A DNA stretch of 64,000 nt, from the IMG/VR virus record IMGVR_UViG_3300029309_000007; one strand, given 5' to 3'. The translations under genes and the position numbers were made by a program. The notes beneath the pieces were generated by a model. The model did not search any database. It was not told where the DNA came from and saw only the letters and a list, made by a program, of their open reading frames with translations. Of this stretch, positions 1 through 8,913 are shown in pieces (within the stretch, counting starts at the first letter, position 1; every line of letters begins with the position of its first letter). This DNA comes from an uncultured virus (IMG/VR IMGVR_UViG_3300029309_000007) (taxonomy: Duplodnaviria; Heunggongvirae; Uroviricota; Caudoviricetes).

Positions 1-2
1 AA

Positions 3-119
3 AATCGCCTTCTCAAGTGTTATCGTAATGGCACTTGGGACGGAACCCACAACAACCTTCAGCAAGCATTCAATTTCCCTGTTTGGGAACAATGCTACTC
101 AGCGAGGGACTGTCGTTAA
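3..119 (+). CDS. 3' end of a gene truncated by the window edge; GxWDG-motif paralog
   Basis: Manual translation of frame 3 gives NRLLKCYRNGTWDGTHNNLQQAFNFPVWEQCYSARDCR*. It shares a motif with the ORFs ending at 834 and 2149. Confidence 0.6.
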   Translation, partial: NRLLKCYRNGTWDGTHNNLQQAFNFPVWEQCYSARDCR

Positions 120-147
120 GCGGTTTGACGACGGTTGATGCAACAAA

Positions 148-182
148 GGGGGGAAAGGGGTCGAAAAGACCCTTTTCCTCCC
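148..182 (+). terminator. 15-bp GC-rich stem-loop after the truncated gene
   Basis: GGGGGGAAAGGGGTC-GAAAA-GACCCTTTTCCTCCC, with two G-U pairs. Confidence 0.55.
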
Positions 183-321
183 GCCCGTGGGGTTTTCAAT
201 CATAATTTACTAAAGAAAGTCTCAAACCATATGGTTTTCTTTTGTAAACCCAGACTAATAGGAATCAAAAGGTGGTTTGTTGTCCAAAGGGAAACAAACC
301 AACCAAAGGAGTGAAAAAACC

Positions 322-834
322 ATGAAAATGAAAAGAGAACATCAAATAATCAGGCTTGAAAACGCCATCTCAAAAGGGATGGTCAGGAACGAAAACATAG
401 AACAGGCTCTACAATTGACTATGAGCCTTTATCACAATGCTACGCCCGAAAGCAAAGCGGTATATTGGACGGCAATTCGTCAAATCGTGCAAATGCATGA
501 TGTTGACCTTGACCGCCACATGAAGGGTAGAATCCCATTCAGCGTTAAGCGTGAAATCTACGAAATTGCTCGTTCTGCCCGTGAAGAATTGTATCAAGCA
601 TACATCAACATTCAAGATAACCTCGGCTTTTTGCCCATCAAGGTAGATACTGAGGAATTGGGCCAAACGCACGCAATCGCTCAAGATGCGTCTATGAAGG
701 TCTTCCGTTCAATCGTGCGAAGGCTGAAAAAGGCCTACAAAGCGGGCGGTTGGGATGGAAGCGTGGAAAGTGCGCCAAATCACTTCGGACAGCGTTCTTT
801 GGACGCTCCCGATTTTACGGAGGTTTTTGAGTAG
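322..834 (+). CDS. hypothetical early protein, GxWDG-motif paralog
   Basis: Track ORF 277..834. AAGGAGTG RBS lies before ATG 322. C-terminus contains RRLKKAYKAGGWDGSVES. Confidence 0.75.
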   Translation: MKMKREHQIIRLENAISKGMVRNENIEQALQLTMSLYHNATPESKAVYWTAIRQIVQMHDVDLDRHMKGRIPFSVKREIYEIARSAREELYQAYINIQDNLGFLPIKVDTEELGQTHAIAQDASMKVFRSIVRRLKKAYKAGGWDGSVESAPNHFGQRSLDAPDFTEVFE

Positions 835-959
835 GTTTGACCTCCCCCTTTGGACACGGCATTAGCCCCAAAACCCGATTCAGCCCGTAAAACGGCTGTT
901 TCGGGTGGCGGGGTTCTTCATTATATTTTTTTACTAAAGTAGCAACGAACCATATGCTA

Positions 960-1620
960 TGGTGAATTAATGCCTTTAAGCGCAGGTCGTCCTAATATCA
1001 ATACCCCTTTCGCAACATAATATGGGCCTAATAAAACCTACACAAGAATAGATGTGTTTTCTATGGGTATAATCCAATTGACCATATACCAATATGAATA
1101 ATAATATTGTATTATATGTAATTGTAGAATCTTTGTCATATTATTATCATGCCCATGTTAAATATCTTGGGTGTTATGAGAGGGTTATGGTTCATAAGTA
1201 TAGTGTTTTTATATTATTATCATTTTAACATTATTAACATACCATACCATACCATCCATCCATCCATCCCATACCCTCTTATTTCTTGCAGGTTATAACC
1301 ATCTAATTTTTCCAGAGATATACCCTTTACCCCCTTTGATAAAATGAAAACCATGTTAAAAATGACAAAAATGACAAACATGGTATTTTGATGGGGGTTG
1401 AGTATCATAACCCCCCTCAAAACTTCTTATCATCCATGTTAAACATCCGGTAATTTATCAACGGCGACACCTGCGTTAGTTTTCACGAATCTATTTTGAT
1501 GATAAAAATGTTAAAGATTCAAAGTTAAGGTTCATAGTGGTGCATATAACTGTCTAATTATACTTTAGTTATGACACATATGTTTTCAAGCATTAAGAGG
1601 GTTAAGATGATTTTCAATCG
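960..1620. other. AT-rich non-coding region with direct/inverted repeats; candidate replication origin or control region
   Basis: No credible ORF. CCATGTTAAA occurs at 1153, 1351 and 1434. There is a (CATAC)n(CATC)n tract at ~1237-1275 and an inverted repeat at ~1387-1422. Confidence 0.4.
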
Positions 1621-1630
1621 TTGTTGTGCC

Positions 1631-1638
1631 TTATATAT
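1631..1638 (+). promoter_or_regulatory. candidate archaeal TATA box
   Basis: TTATATAT about 45 nt upstream of ATG 1682, at the end of a long intergenic region. Confidence 0.45.
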
Positions 1639-1681
1639 GGATAACTTGTAGGGAGTTTGCCTACGGGCAGGATTGAGAAAC

Positions 1682-2149
1682 ATGGATAATGTGAAATGGG
1701 AAAGTCTCGTAATTGAGATTAACGAATACCTAGAAGCCGATGACAGTTTGGACGGTGCTTTGAAGCAAGTTGTGGAATTGCACCTCCAAGTTGGTCAAGA
1801 GAACGAAAATGAGCGAGAAGCCGCCGCTAACGCATTAAAGGCTCTTTTGCGAGGTCGTGATGGAACTCCGTTCCGTCGTGGTCAAAAATCTGCCGTCCCT
1901 GCGTCGGTTAGAGTCGCAATTGACCGCATTTGTGGTGTTGTTGAGGAAGCCGCCTCTGGTTTCTTTAACCACGACCCAATTATGGGACAAATTCTCTTCA
2001 AGCACAACAAATCGGGCGGTGGCCTTTACGAAGATGATTCGGAATACGCCGCTTCTGTTGTGAAGAGAATGCGAAACTCTCTCTCCAAGTCGTTTAAAGA
2101 CGGTTCTTGGGATGGTAGCGTTAATTCGCTTCTTTCCACCGAAGAGTGA
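1682..2149 (+). CDS. hypothetical early protein, GxWDG-motif paralog
   Basis: Track ORF 1673..2149. C-terminus contains RMRNSLSKSFKDGSWDGSVNS. Confidence 0.8.
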   Translation: MDNVKWESLVIEINEYLEADDSLDGALKQVVELHLQVGQENENEREAAANALKALLRGRDGTPFRRGQKSAVPASVRVAIDRICGVVEEAASGFFNHDPIMGQILFKHNKSGGGLYEDDSEYAASVVKRMRNSLSKSFKDGSWDGSVNSLLSTEE

Positions 2150-2196
2150 TTTTTCTTAATTGAAAAAACGCACCCATCAGAATAAATAGTTTTCTT

Positions 2197-2241
2197 CCCC
2201 ATTGGTGACCTTTTCGGAGGTTCACCAATGGGGTTTTTTTT
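2197..2241 (+). terminator. stem-loop plus poly-T terminator
   Basis: CCCCATTGGTGA...TCACCAATGGGG followed by a T run. Confidence 0.75.
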
Positions 2242-2407
2242 ATTTTTAATTTTGCATTGGTCATTTGACTCTGAAATTTTCAGAGGGGTCGGCATGGTCA
2301 GGGACGGCTTATAGCCACGCCCCGCCCCCCTCTATGCCGGTGGCAATTGTTCATCAATTGCTCAGGCACACGGTATTTTTCATTCGTTGAAAAATATTTA
2401 ATTAAAC

Positions 2408-2491
2408 GCTAAGGTGGCGGAGCATGGTTAAACGCGCAGGGCTTAAACTCCTGTCCTTAACGGTTCGCAGGTTCAAATCCTGCCCTTAGCA
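2408..2491 (+). tRNA. tRNA-Leu(TAA)
   Basis: Acceptor stem GCTAAGG/CCTTAGC, anticodon arm CAGGG-CTTAAAC-TCCTG, long variable arm, T arm GCAGG-TTCAAAT-CCTGC. CCA is not encoded. Confidence 0.93.
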
Positions 2492-2595
2492 CTTTATTCA
2501 TGGTCGGGTTGAGACAAGGGGGCAAAAACAGCAAATGACCTTTTCGGAGGTTTTGTCTCCCCGACCTCCTATTCACACACACAGGAGAAATATAA

Positions 2596-2910
2596 ATGCC
2601 AAAAAGAAGAAAGAATTATCCTACGATTAAAAAGTATATTTTGGCACTAAGCCAAATAGTGCCCAATAAAACAGAACTACAAGAATTTTTAGAAGTGCTT
2701 TGTGCGCTTTTGCATGAGGCTGGAATTCATAAAACTCAAAGAGGTGGAGTATCGCCCATAAAGTCTCTTAGAAGTTTTTGTGTTAATGTCTTAAAAAACG
2801 ATAATTGGGGCACTAAGATAATTGAATATGATAAATACTATGCTATGGATGGTATAATGCTTAAAAAAACATACCAGAGAACAATTTTAATTAAAACACA
2901 GGAGGAATAA
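2596..2910 (+). CDS. hypothetical protein
   Basis: AGGAGA RBS, 104 aa, translationally coupled to the helicase. Confidence 0.7.
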   Translation: MPKRRKNYPTIKKYILALSQIVPNKTELQEFLEVLCALLHEAGIHKTQRGGVSPIKSLRSFCVNVLKNDNWGTKIIEYDKYYAMDGIMLKKTYQRTILIKTQEE

Positions 2911-2912
2911 AA

Positions 2913-4346
2913 ATGATAACAGGAACAGAACAACAAAAAGAAATATGGAAAGAAATGGAAGAAGGAGATAGCCACATGGTTATTGAAGCGGGTGCAGGTG
3001 TAGGAAAGACCTTTACAATTGTAGAGGGTTCTAACCGCGTTGATGCTACAAAGATTGGATTTTTGTGCTTTAACAAGTCCATTCAGAAGGAACTATCCAA
3101 CCGACTTCCCGAAAATGTAGAGGCAAAGACCTTTCACGCACTTGGTTTTGCGGCCATTCGTGCGGCAGGTATTCGCACAAAAGTGAACAATTACAAGACA
3201 AAGAACATCATTGATGATTACCACGGAAAAGATTTCAACTCTTTCCCATTGGCAAAACTAATCGGATTGATGAAAGGTTCAATGGTTGATGCTCACGATT
3301 TGCGAAACATTCGTTTTCTTATTGATAAGTATAACATTGAGTTTGAATCAACAAGAGAAGAAGATATAGCAATTGATTCCATTCCTGACATTATGGATGA
3401 ATGTCTAAAGCAAACGCATGTTATTGACTTTGATGACATGATTTGGCTTCCTCTTCAAAAGAATTTACCATTCCCATCATTTGATGTATTGTTTGTTGAT
3501 GAGGCCCAAGACTTCAATGAAATGCAACGAGAACTTATTTTCCGTTGTGTTAAAAACGGTCGTTGTATTGTTGTTGGCGACCCAAATCAAGCCATTTATG
3601 GTTTTCGAGGTGCTGACAGCAATTCAATGAATATCTTCAAGGAACAATTGTTGAAAACTAACCGAGGTGTTTCTGAGTTCCCGCTAAGTTTAACTTGGCG
3701 GTGTCCTAAATCGGTTGTTGCAGAAGCCAACCGATATGTGAAGGATTTCAATTGCTTGGAAACCGCAGAACAGGGAGCCGTTAAGGTCAATGCACCGTTT
3801 AAACCCGTTGAAGGCGACATGGTTCTTTGCCGATACAATGCGCCTTTGGTTAATGCTTTCTATGAGTTAATTCTTCAAGGAAAGTCGGCTTATGTTCTTG
3901 GTCGGGATATGACAAAGGGGCTTGTTAATTATGTGAACAAGATTACCCGCAACAAAAACATGGGTACGAAAGAATTTGTGCAGTTGCTTGAAAATGATTT
4001 CAATGTGTCTTACAATCGTTTGATGAAGGCAGATAAAATAAATCAAGCAAATACTCTTGAGGACAAATATAACTGCGTAAAGATTTTTGCCGCAAGAGCC
4101 GATACCGTGGGTGGAATCCTTGACGAAATCAAGCGTGTGTTTGATAACAACGAAAAGGGTGAAATTATGCTATCCACAGTTCACAAAGCAAAGGGACTTG
4201 AAGCAGACAATGTTTATATTCTCGCTACGGAAAGAATGCCTCATCCAAAGGCAACAAATCCAAGGGAGGAGCGAAACATTTGCTATGTGGCTATTACCAG
4301 AGCAAAAAAGAATTTGTTCTATTGTGGCCCAAAGCCTGGAAATTGA
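2913..4346 (+). CDS. UvrD/Rep-family SF1 DNA helicase
   Basis: AGAGVGKT Walker A, VDEAQD, VGDPNQAIYGFRGA, STVHKAKGLE, YVAITRAK. Confidence 0.95.
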   Translation: MITGTEQQKEIWKEMEEGDSHMVIEAGAGVGKTFTIVEGSNRVDATKIGFLCFNKSIQKELSNRLPENVEAKTFHALGFAAIRAAGIRTKVNNYKTKNIIDDYHGKDFNSFPLAKLIGLMKGSMVDAHDLRNIRFLIDKYNIEFESTREEDIAIDSIPDIMDECLKQTHVIDFDDMIWLPLQKNLPFPSFDVLFVDEAQDFNEMQRELIFRCVKNGRCIVVGDPNQAIYGFRGADSNSMNIFKEQLLKTNRGVSEFPLSLTWRCPKSVVAEANRYVKDFNCLETAEQGAVKVNAPFKPVEGDMVLCRYNAPLVNAFYELILQGKSAYVLGRDMTKGLVNYVNKITRNKNMGTKEFVQLLENDFNVSYNRLMKADKINQANTLEDKYNCVKIFAARADTVGGILDEIKRVFDNNEKGEIMLSTVHKAKGLEADNVYILATERMPHPKATNPREERNICYVAITRAKKNLFYCGPKPGN

Positions 4347-4361
4347 CACTCCAAGCATCCT

Positions 4362-4420
4362 GTGTTGAAGGTAAGTATGACTTCAGGAGAAATTGATACT
4401 CAAATGGGTGCAAAGCCCTA
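4362..4420 (+). ncRNA. putative structured cis-RNA motif, copy 1 (with insertion)
   Basis: GTGT..TGAAG/CTTCA stem..ATGAC..GGGTGCAAAGCCCTA. Related copies lie at 9000 and 26014. Confidence 0.45.
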
Positions 4421-4443
4421 AACAAAACATAGGAGAAATAAAA

Positions 4444-4680
4444 ATGATGATAACAAAAGAATTTGAAATTGAAATAAAAAGCAAGTATACAAGTGGAGAA
4501 GAACAGATTCTTTCTGAAGCAGAAAGAAAAATACATGTGATGGCACTTTGTATGCGAGATGCACTTAAAGAATACAAGAAGGGAAACTACCGAAAAGCAT
4601 ATCTTGAAATGCTATGTGTTGATTCTTGGGCAAAGCAAGCCACTAAAGAATTTAAGAGACTTTCGGAGGAAGAAGAATGA
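4444..4680 (+). CDS. hypothetical protein
   Basis: AGGAGA RBS before ATG 4444 (track ORF 4393..4680). Confidence 0.65.
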   Translation: MMITKEFEIEIKSKYTSGEEQILSEAERKIHVMALCMRDALKEYKKGNYRKAYLEMLCVDSWAKQATKEFKRLSEEEE

Positions 4681-4898
4681 AGTATGAAGAATTTATGAAA
4701 ATTACAGATAGATGGTCAGATAACGATAAAGTATGTTTCCTGATGGAATTTCCTGATTGGAACATCAGCATTCTTCAACATATATTGAATGAATGGCGAG
4801 AAGCAGATGATTATGCTATGGAAGTAGAAGAAATTGCTTTCTTTGCCAAAGATAATGGTATTTTGGAACACACTAATCTACCGGAGGAAGAAAAATGA
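4677..4898 (+). CDS. hypothetical acidic protein
   Basis: ATGA overlap and GGAGG RBS. Confidence 0.65.
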   Translation: MKYEEFMKITDRWSDNDKVCFLMEFPDWNISILQHILNEWREADDYAMEVEEIAFFAKDNGILEHTNLPEEEK

Positions 4899-5080
4899 TT
4901 TGCCTACACGATGATTATGAATTAACCGCAGAAGATTTAAGAATGATTGATGGTAGATTTAATGTAATTGACCAGCATTTTGTTTGTTTGGAATGCGGTG
5001 CGATTGGTGAAAGAACCTTCCGAATCCCTATTGAAATCGACTGGAACGGAAACCAACAAAAACTGCCCTTGGAGGAATAA
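4895..5080 (+). CDS. small zinc-binding protein
   Basis: CxH...CxxC pattern; coupled to the previous gene. Confidence 0.6.
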   Translation: MICLHDDYELTAEDLRMIDGRFNVIDQHFVCLECGAIGERTFRIPIEIDWNGNQQKLPLEE

Positions 5081-5082
5081 TA

Positions 5083-6159
5083 ATGGAAATTGAAATACAA
5101 GCAAGAAGAGAATTGGGAACTGGACATTGGGACAGGAAACTTATGAAGAACTTAGTTGAATTATCTACTGCTGATAATTATAACGAAGCAAAGGATGAAT
5201 GGATTGCCACCGGAAATGTTTGGTGGGAAGGAATGTCAGATACTCCCCCTTGGATGAAACATAGTGGCAAATGCCTTTGTGGACACGGAGTTAAATATCA
5301 TTTTCACATCCTAAATACTGAAAATGGAAATGAAGATGTTGTTGGTAGCGACCACATTAATACCTACATGATTCGCCGTGAAATTTCACTTTCTACCGGT
5401 ATCAGCGAAGAACTTATTACCGAGGAACAAATCAAAGAATGGATGAATGTCCGTATTGAATCTATGAAAGCAGATGCTTGGTGGAAAACAAACGGAGAGT
5501 GGTTTACAAAACAATTTGAAGATATTCGTGAATATGACCTTCGTATGAATGTGCGTGAAAAGAATATTGTTTGGAGCCAAAGCGAAGGAAAGTATGTTTA
5601 TGACACCGTTCTTCGTAAAAAGGGTTCAGGTAATCCTATGGATGCAGATTATGAAATGGCTTCTATTGTTTGGCGATGGAATCATCCTGAAAATTCCCGT
5701 AATCAAAGGGATGGTCGGGGTTATCCCAATGAAAAACTTCAGATGGATTTAGCAATCTTTTGGGCAAAGGTTCAGATGATGAAAGATGAGTTGATTTCAG
5801 AAGACCGAAAACTGGAAGAAATGACAAAAAGAGTTATTGAACAGCAGTCCACAACCTTTCAAGAAAGGCAACAGACAACCTTTGAGGAACGGTGTGCTTA
5901 TTTTGGCATCCCTGTCTTTGATTCGTCTTGGGGCTACAATGATTGGTCAAGGACATTCCTTGCCGATATTAAGCGTTTAATGACGCTTGGCAGGGATTTA
6001 TCGCAACCTCAACAGAACAATTTGTTGAAGATTATTCGGGGCAACCAAGCCACCGAAAAGCAAATGTCATACTTGCGAGATTTGGGCTATGATGGTGTTC
6101 AACACCTTTCAAAGTCAGAAGCATCTAATCTTATCAGCAAGTATTTGTTGGAGGAATAA
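5083..6159 (+). CDS. hypothetical protein with an N-terminal metal-binding motif and a C-terminal small helical domain
   Basis: CLCGH...VGSDH near the N-terminus. C-terminus reads ATEKQMSYLRDLG..LSKSEASNLI. Confidence 0.7.
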   Translation: MEIEIQARRELGTGHWDRKLMKNLVELSTADNYNEAKDEWIATGNVWWEGMSDTPPWMKHSGKCLCGHGVKYHFHILNTENGNEDVVGSDHINTYMIRREISLSTGISEELITEEQIKEWMNVRIESMKADAWWKTNGEWFTKQFEDIREYDLRMNVREKNIVWSQSEGKYVYDTVLRKKGSGNPMDADYEMASIVWRWNHPENSRNQRDGRGYPNEKLQMDLAIFWAKVQMMKDELISEDRKLEEMTKRVIEQQSTTFQERQQTTFEERCAYFGIPVFDSSWGYNDWSRTFLADIKRLMTLGRDLSQPQQNNLLKIIRGNQATEKQMSYLRDLGYDGVQHLSKSEASNLISKYLLEE

Positions 6160-6385
6160 ACTCAAATAGCGGTGGGTCTTATACAACCGCTTTTGGGAAG
6201 TAGGTTTAAAAAATAAAAAGCAGCCTTTTCAACTCGTTTTTTGGGTTGCTTTTCCTACAACGGGGTTTGTGCAGTAAAAAGGAAAAAACGTACGCATCTA
6301 CGCGCACACGGTTCGTTTGTTGGTCGTTTCCTTTTGGGATTTTTCAGGTTGGTTGAATCCCATCCCCACCCTTTGAGGTGATATT

Positions 6386-6634
6386 ATGTTTAAATGGTTA
6401 AAAAAATATAATGTAAAAGAAGAGAAAAAAGAGAAAGTAGTTCGCTGTGAGATTTGTTGGCTTAAAGCCCACTATCACATGCAAATTAGATTCCAACGAT
6501 TTGGTGAAAAGCCAATGTATGATAAAATAATAATAAGAATATGTAGTGATTGCTATGAAGAAGTATATGAGAGATATAATCCGCAAAGACTCCCTGCACC
6601 TGTTCAAACCGGAGTATTTGAAAAGACCGATTGA
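6386..6634 (+). CDS. small CxxC..CxxC zinc-finger protein
   Basis: CEIC and CSDC; GAGGTGA RBS. Confidence 0.65.
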   Translation: MFKWLKKYNVKEEKKEKVVRCEICWLKAHYHMQIRFQRFGEKPMYDKIIIRICSDCYEEVYERYNPQRLPAPVQTGVFEKTD

Positions 6635-6733
6635 ACATGAAATGCGAAGGAGAGAAATTTATAAGAAATTAAGAGGTTCAGGTATGTCCTCTTGGAAAGC
6701 ATACCAAATATCAATTAAAAGAATGGTGATAGA

Positions 6734-6970
6734 ATGAATGAAAAACAAATTGTTAGACAACTACAAGAAGAAAAATACGGGGCAATTGACAGTCCTTATC
6801 CTGAAAATACTGTAAGAATAAAAGTTATGGGTTTTAGGGAATCCCTTGATATGGACTTACAGGAATTTAAAAAGAACCCCTCGTATAAAAACTTTGAAGA
6901 ACTTAAAATGTCCATGTATTGGTATCAATATTGGTCTTTTAAGGCAGTTTATGAGAAGGTGGAAGAATGA
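6734..6970 (+). CDS. hypothetical protein
   Basis: Track ORF with a GGTGA RBS. Confidence 0.6.
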   Translation: MNEKQIVRQLQEEKYGAIDSPYPENTVRIKVMGFRESLDMDLQEFKKNPSYKNFEELKMSMYWYQYWSFKAVYEKVEE

Positions 6971-7095
6971 AAACTCTAAATGGTATTGTTCCTAAATGTT
7001 GTGATGTTATCCTTTATCATTATGATGTGATGGATGGATATGTTCAAGCAAACTGCCATAATTGCGGCATTGTTAAATTTGAGGTGAAAGCATGA
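6967..7095 (+). CDS. 42-aa Cys-rich microprotein (not in ORF track)
   Basis: MKTLNGIVPKCCDVILYHYDVMDGYVQANCHNCGIVKFEVKA. ATGA overlaps at both ends. Confidence 0.55.
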   Translation: MKTLNGIVPKCCDVILYHYDVMDGYVQANCHNCGIVKFEVKA

Positions 7096-7763
7096 ATATT
7101 TTTGCACTATCAAGAAGCCCGATTTTATCTGCACAACAAATGATTGATAAGCATGTTGTCAAGATGCCGACAGAAACTTGTCAAATGTTGCACACTAATC
7201 ATTTGTTTTTCGCATTTGTTGATTTTTATGGATATGAGCCTTCCCTTAAAGAATTGAAGCAATATCATAAAGACTTCAACAGCAATCTAATGAAACCTGC
7301 TATGTTGAATCATCCTTCAACTGTTTGGGCAAGAAAATCTATGCACAATGCTAAGTGGCTATATGAACATGGCTTGGCACTATGTAAAGAATTTACACAT
7401 AGATATGGAAAAGAACACGGTAGCGAGTCAAGAATCAAAGATATGGAAAATTTCTATATCGAATCTGCTTCTTGGGAAAAGGCCACTCCTGTTTCTATTG
7501 CTATGTTTGACAAATATCGTATTGATAGGGATGTATTTTACAACACCGCAAGAGTTGAATTTGGCATTGAAACCGATGAATGGGATTTTGTTATTGAATC
7601 TTATCGCCATTATTATCTTGAAGGTAAGTGGCGTTTTGCCGGTTGGCGAAAAAATCGTCGTCCTGAATGGTATCCTGAAAATTGGTATGCTATTCAATTT
7701 AACAAAGAAGTTCGTAGTTTCAATAAAAGAAACGGTGGAAATCTAAAACTAATGGAGGAATAA
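7092..7763 (+). CDS. pyrimidine-dimer DNA glycosylase / DenV-like family protein
   Basis: MNIFAL..AQQMIDKHVVKMPTETCQML, NHPSTVWAR, LCKEFTHRYGKEH, YRHYY..K. Confidence 0.8.
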   Translation: MNIFALSRSPILSAQQMIDKHVVKMPTETCQMLHTNHLFFAFVDFYGYEPSLKELKQYHKDFNSNLMKPAMLNHPSTVWARKSMHNAKWLYEHGLALCKEFTHRYGKEHGSESRIKDMENFYIESASWEKATPVSIAMFDKYRIDRDVFYNTARVEFGIETDEWDFVIESYRHYYLEGKWRFAGWRKNRRPEWYPENWYAIQFNKEVRSFNKRNGGNLKLMEE

Positions 7764-7765
7764 AT

Positions 7766-8017
7766 ATGGTAGACTTAAATATCAAAAAAGCAGAAGAAAT
7801 GATTGAACAAATACATGCAATACTTAAAGATAGTTGTAGTCAAACTGAATCTTGGTCAGTTGACAACAGAGTTAAACTGTATAGGCTACATTTTATCAAG
7901 ATATATGTTGATAAAATGATTTATGGCACCTCTAATGACGAAGTAGAGGATATGTTTGCAGAATGGAGTATTCCCAGATTGATTAATAAAGAAAAACCAG
8001 ACGGATGGGAGGAATAA
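7766..8017 (+). CDS. hypothetical protein
   Basis: GGAGG RBS; member of a coupled gene run. Confidence 0.6.
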   Translation: MVDLNIKKAEEMIEQIHAILKDSCSQTESWSVDNRVKLYRLHFIKIYVDKMIYGTSNDEVEDMFAEWSIPRLINKEKPDGWEE

Positions 8018-8019
8018 AT

Positions 8020-8235
8020 ATGAAAGAAAAAGAAATAACGTTTACGAAGAAAGATGTAGAATCAATGTCATTCAGCAGAGGTTCTTATTATTATACCATT
8101 ACCTTTAGATTAAATGATGGGAAGCAACTTAGAGTTAGCCCAAATGAGTTAATGACTCTATTTAGGGCAAGTAATACTAAGAAGTTTAAAGCCTTTCTTA
8201 AGAGAAAATATTATCACTTGGAGAAATATATATGA
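8020..8235 (+). CDS. hypothetical protein
   Basis: Track ORF 8005..8235; RBS lies before ATG 8020. Confidence 0.6.
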   Translation: MKEKEITFTKKDVESMSFSRGSYYYTITFRLNDGKQLRVSPNELMTLFRASNTKKFKAFLKRKYYHLEKYI

Positions 8236-8492
8236 AAGTACCAAAAGGAAATGAAGATATGATAAAAAATAATAAGAAGTTTGTTCTAGACAACATGACG
8301 AAAATTCACACTAATTTGGTGTTTCAGAACGAGACTACTCTTGATTTTGATGAGTATATTATCGCTCTTGCCATGATTCCTCTTACTTTTGAGGAACAGG
8401 CAAATATGAGAGGAATGAATGGTATGCAAGAATTAATGCAGTTTTTGGCCGCGTTTTTGCAAACAATCCCTGTAAAGGAGGAATATAAATGA
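8232..8492 (+). CDS. hypothetical protein
   Basis: Coupled ORF with a GGAG RBS. Confidence 0.6.
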   Translation: MKVPKGNEDMIKNNKKFVLDNMTKIHTNLVFQNETTLDFDEYIIALAMIPLTFEEQANMRGMNGMQELMQFLAAFLQTIPVKEEYK

Positions 8493-8611
8493 TAGAATGT
8501 ATTAAATGTGATGCAATAGTCTTAGCCGCAACAGTTCATATTGGCCTACATAAATGCCATTGTCCTAAATGTGGTTATGAATTTTACCATCAAGAATATA
8601 TGGGGGAATAA
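8489..8611 (+). CDS. 40-aa zinc-ribbon microprotein (not in ORF track)
   Basis: MIECIKCDAIVLAATVHIGLHKCHCPKCGYEFYHQEYMGE; GGAGG RBS. Confidence 0.6.
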   Translation: MIECIKCDAIVLAATVHIGLHKCHCPKCGYEFYHQEYMGE

Positions 8612-8613
8612 AA

Positions 8614-8907
8614 ATGGAATGTATGAATTGTAATGGAACGGGATATATTTACAAAGAAGATAAAATTCATGATGTAATGGTGCGAGTAAAGTGCATTGAT
8701 TGTATGCTTGAGGAAAAAATAAAAGAAGAACTGCTTTCAAAAATGCAAGTTCTTTTGGCTTCTGTGAGTCCACAAATGCTTGCTCGTTATGCTTCTATCG
8801 CAATCATTCACGCTGCTTATCAAAAGAATAGTGCTGATGCGTTAGAGCAACAAGTTCAGTCCAAAAATAAAATAGGTCTTTTGACTTGGATTTCAACTTT
8901 GGATTGA
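8614..8907 (+). CDS. zinc-finger protein (CxxCxGxG...CxxC)
   Basis: CMNCNGTG and CIDC. Confidence 0.65.
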   Translation: MECMNCNGTGYIYKEDKIHDVMVRVKCIDCMLEEKIKEELLSKMQVLLASVSPQMLARYASIAIIHAAYQKNSADALEQQVQSKNKIGLLTWISTLD

Positions 8908-8913
8908 TACAAA

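Noticed and set aside
1237..1275. CATAC/CATC repeats as a CRISPR array, and the ORF 1220..1420 on the - strand
   Set aside because: The units are 4-5 nt with no spacers. The ORF is a low-complexity by-product (GMDGWMVWYGM) with no RBS.
2285..2340. GGGTCGGCATGG resembling the start of an HDV-like ribozyme
   Set aside because: I could not build a nested double pseudoknot (P1/P3/P1.1, J4/2 CGAA) locally.
4362..4420. The repeated RNA motif as a canonical twister, twister-sister, pistol or c-di-GMP-I element
   Set aside because: Only the GGTGCAAAGCC loop resembles them. The required cleavage-site and pseudoknot partners are not present, so it is kept as an unknown motif.
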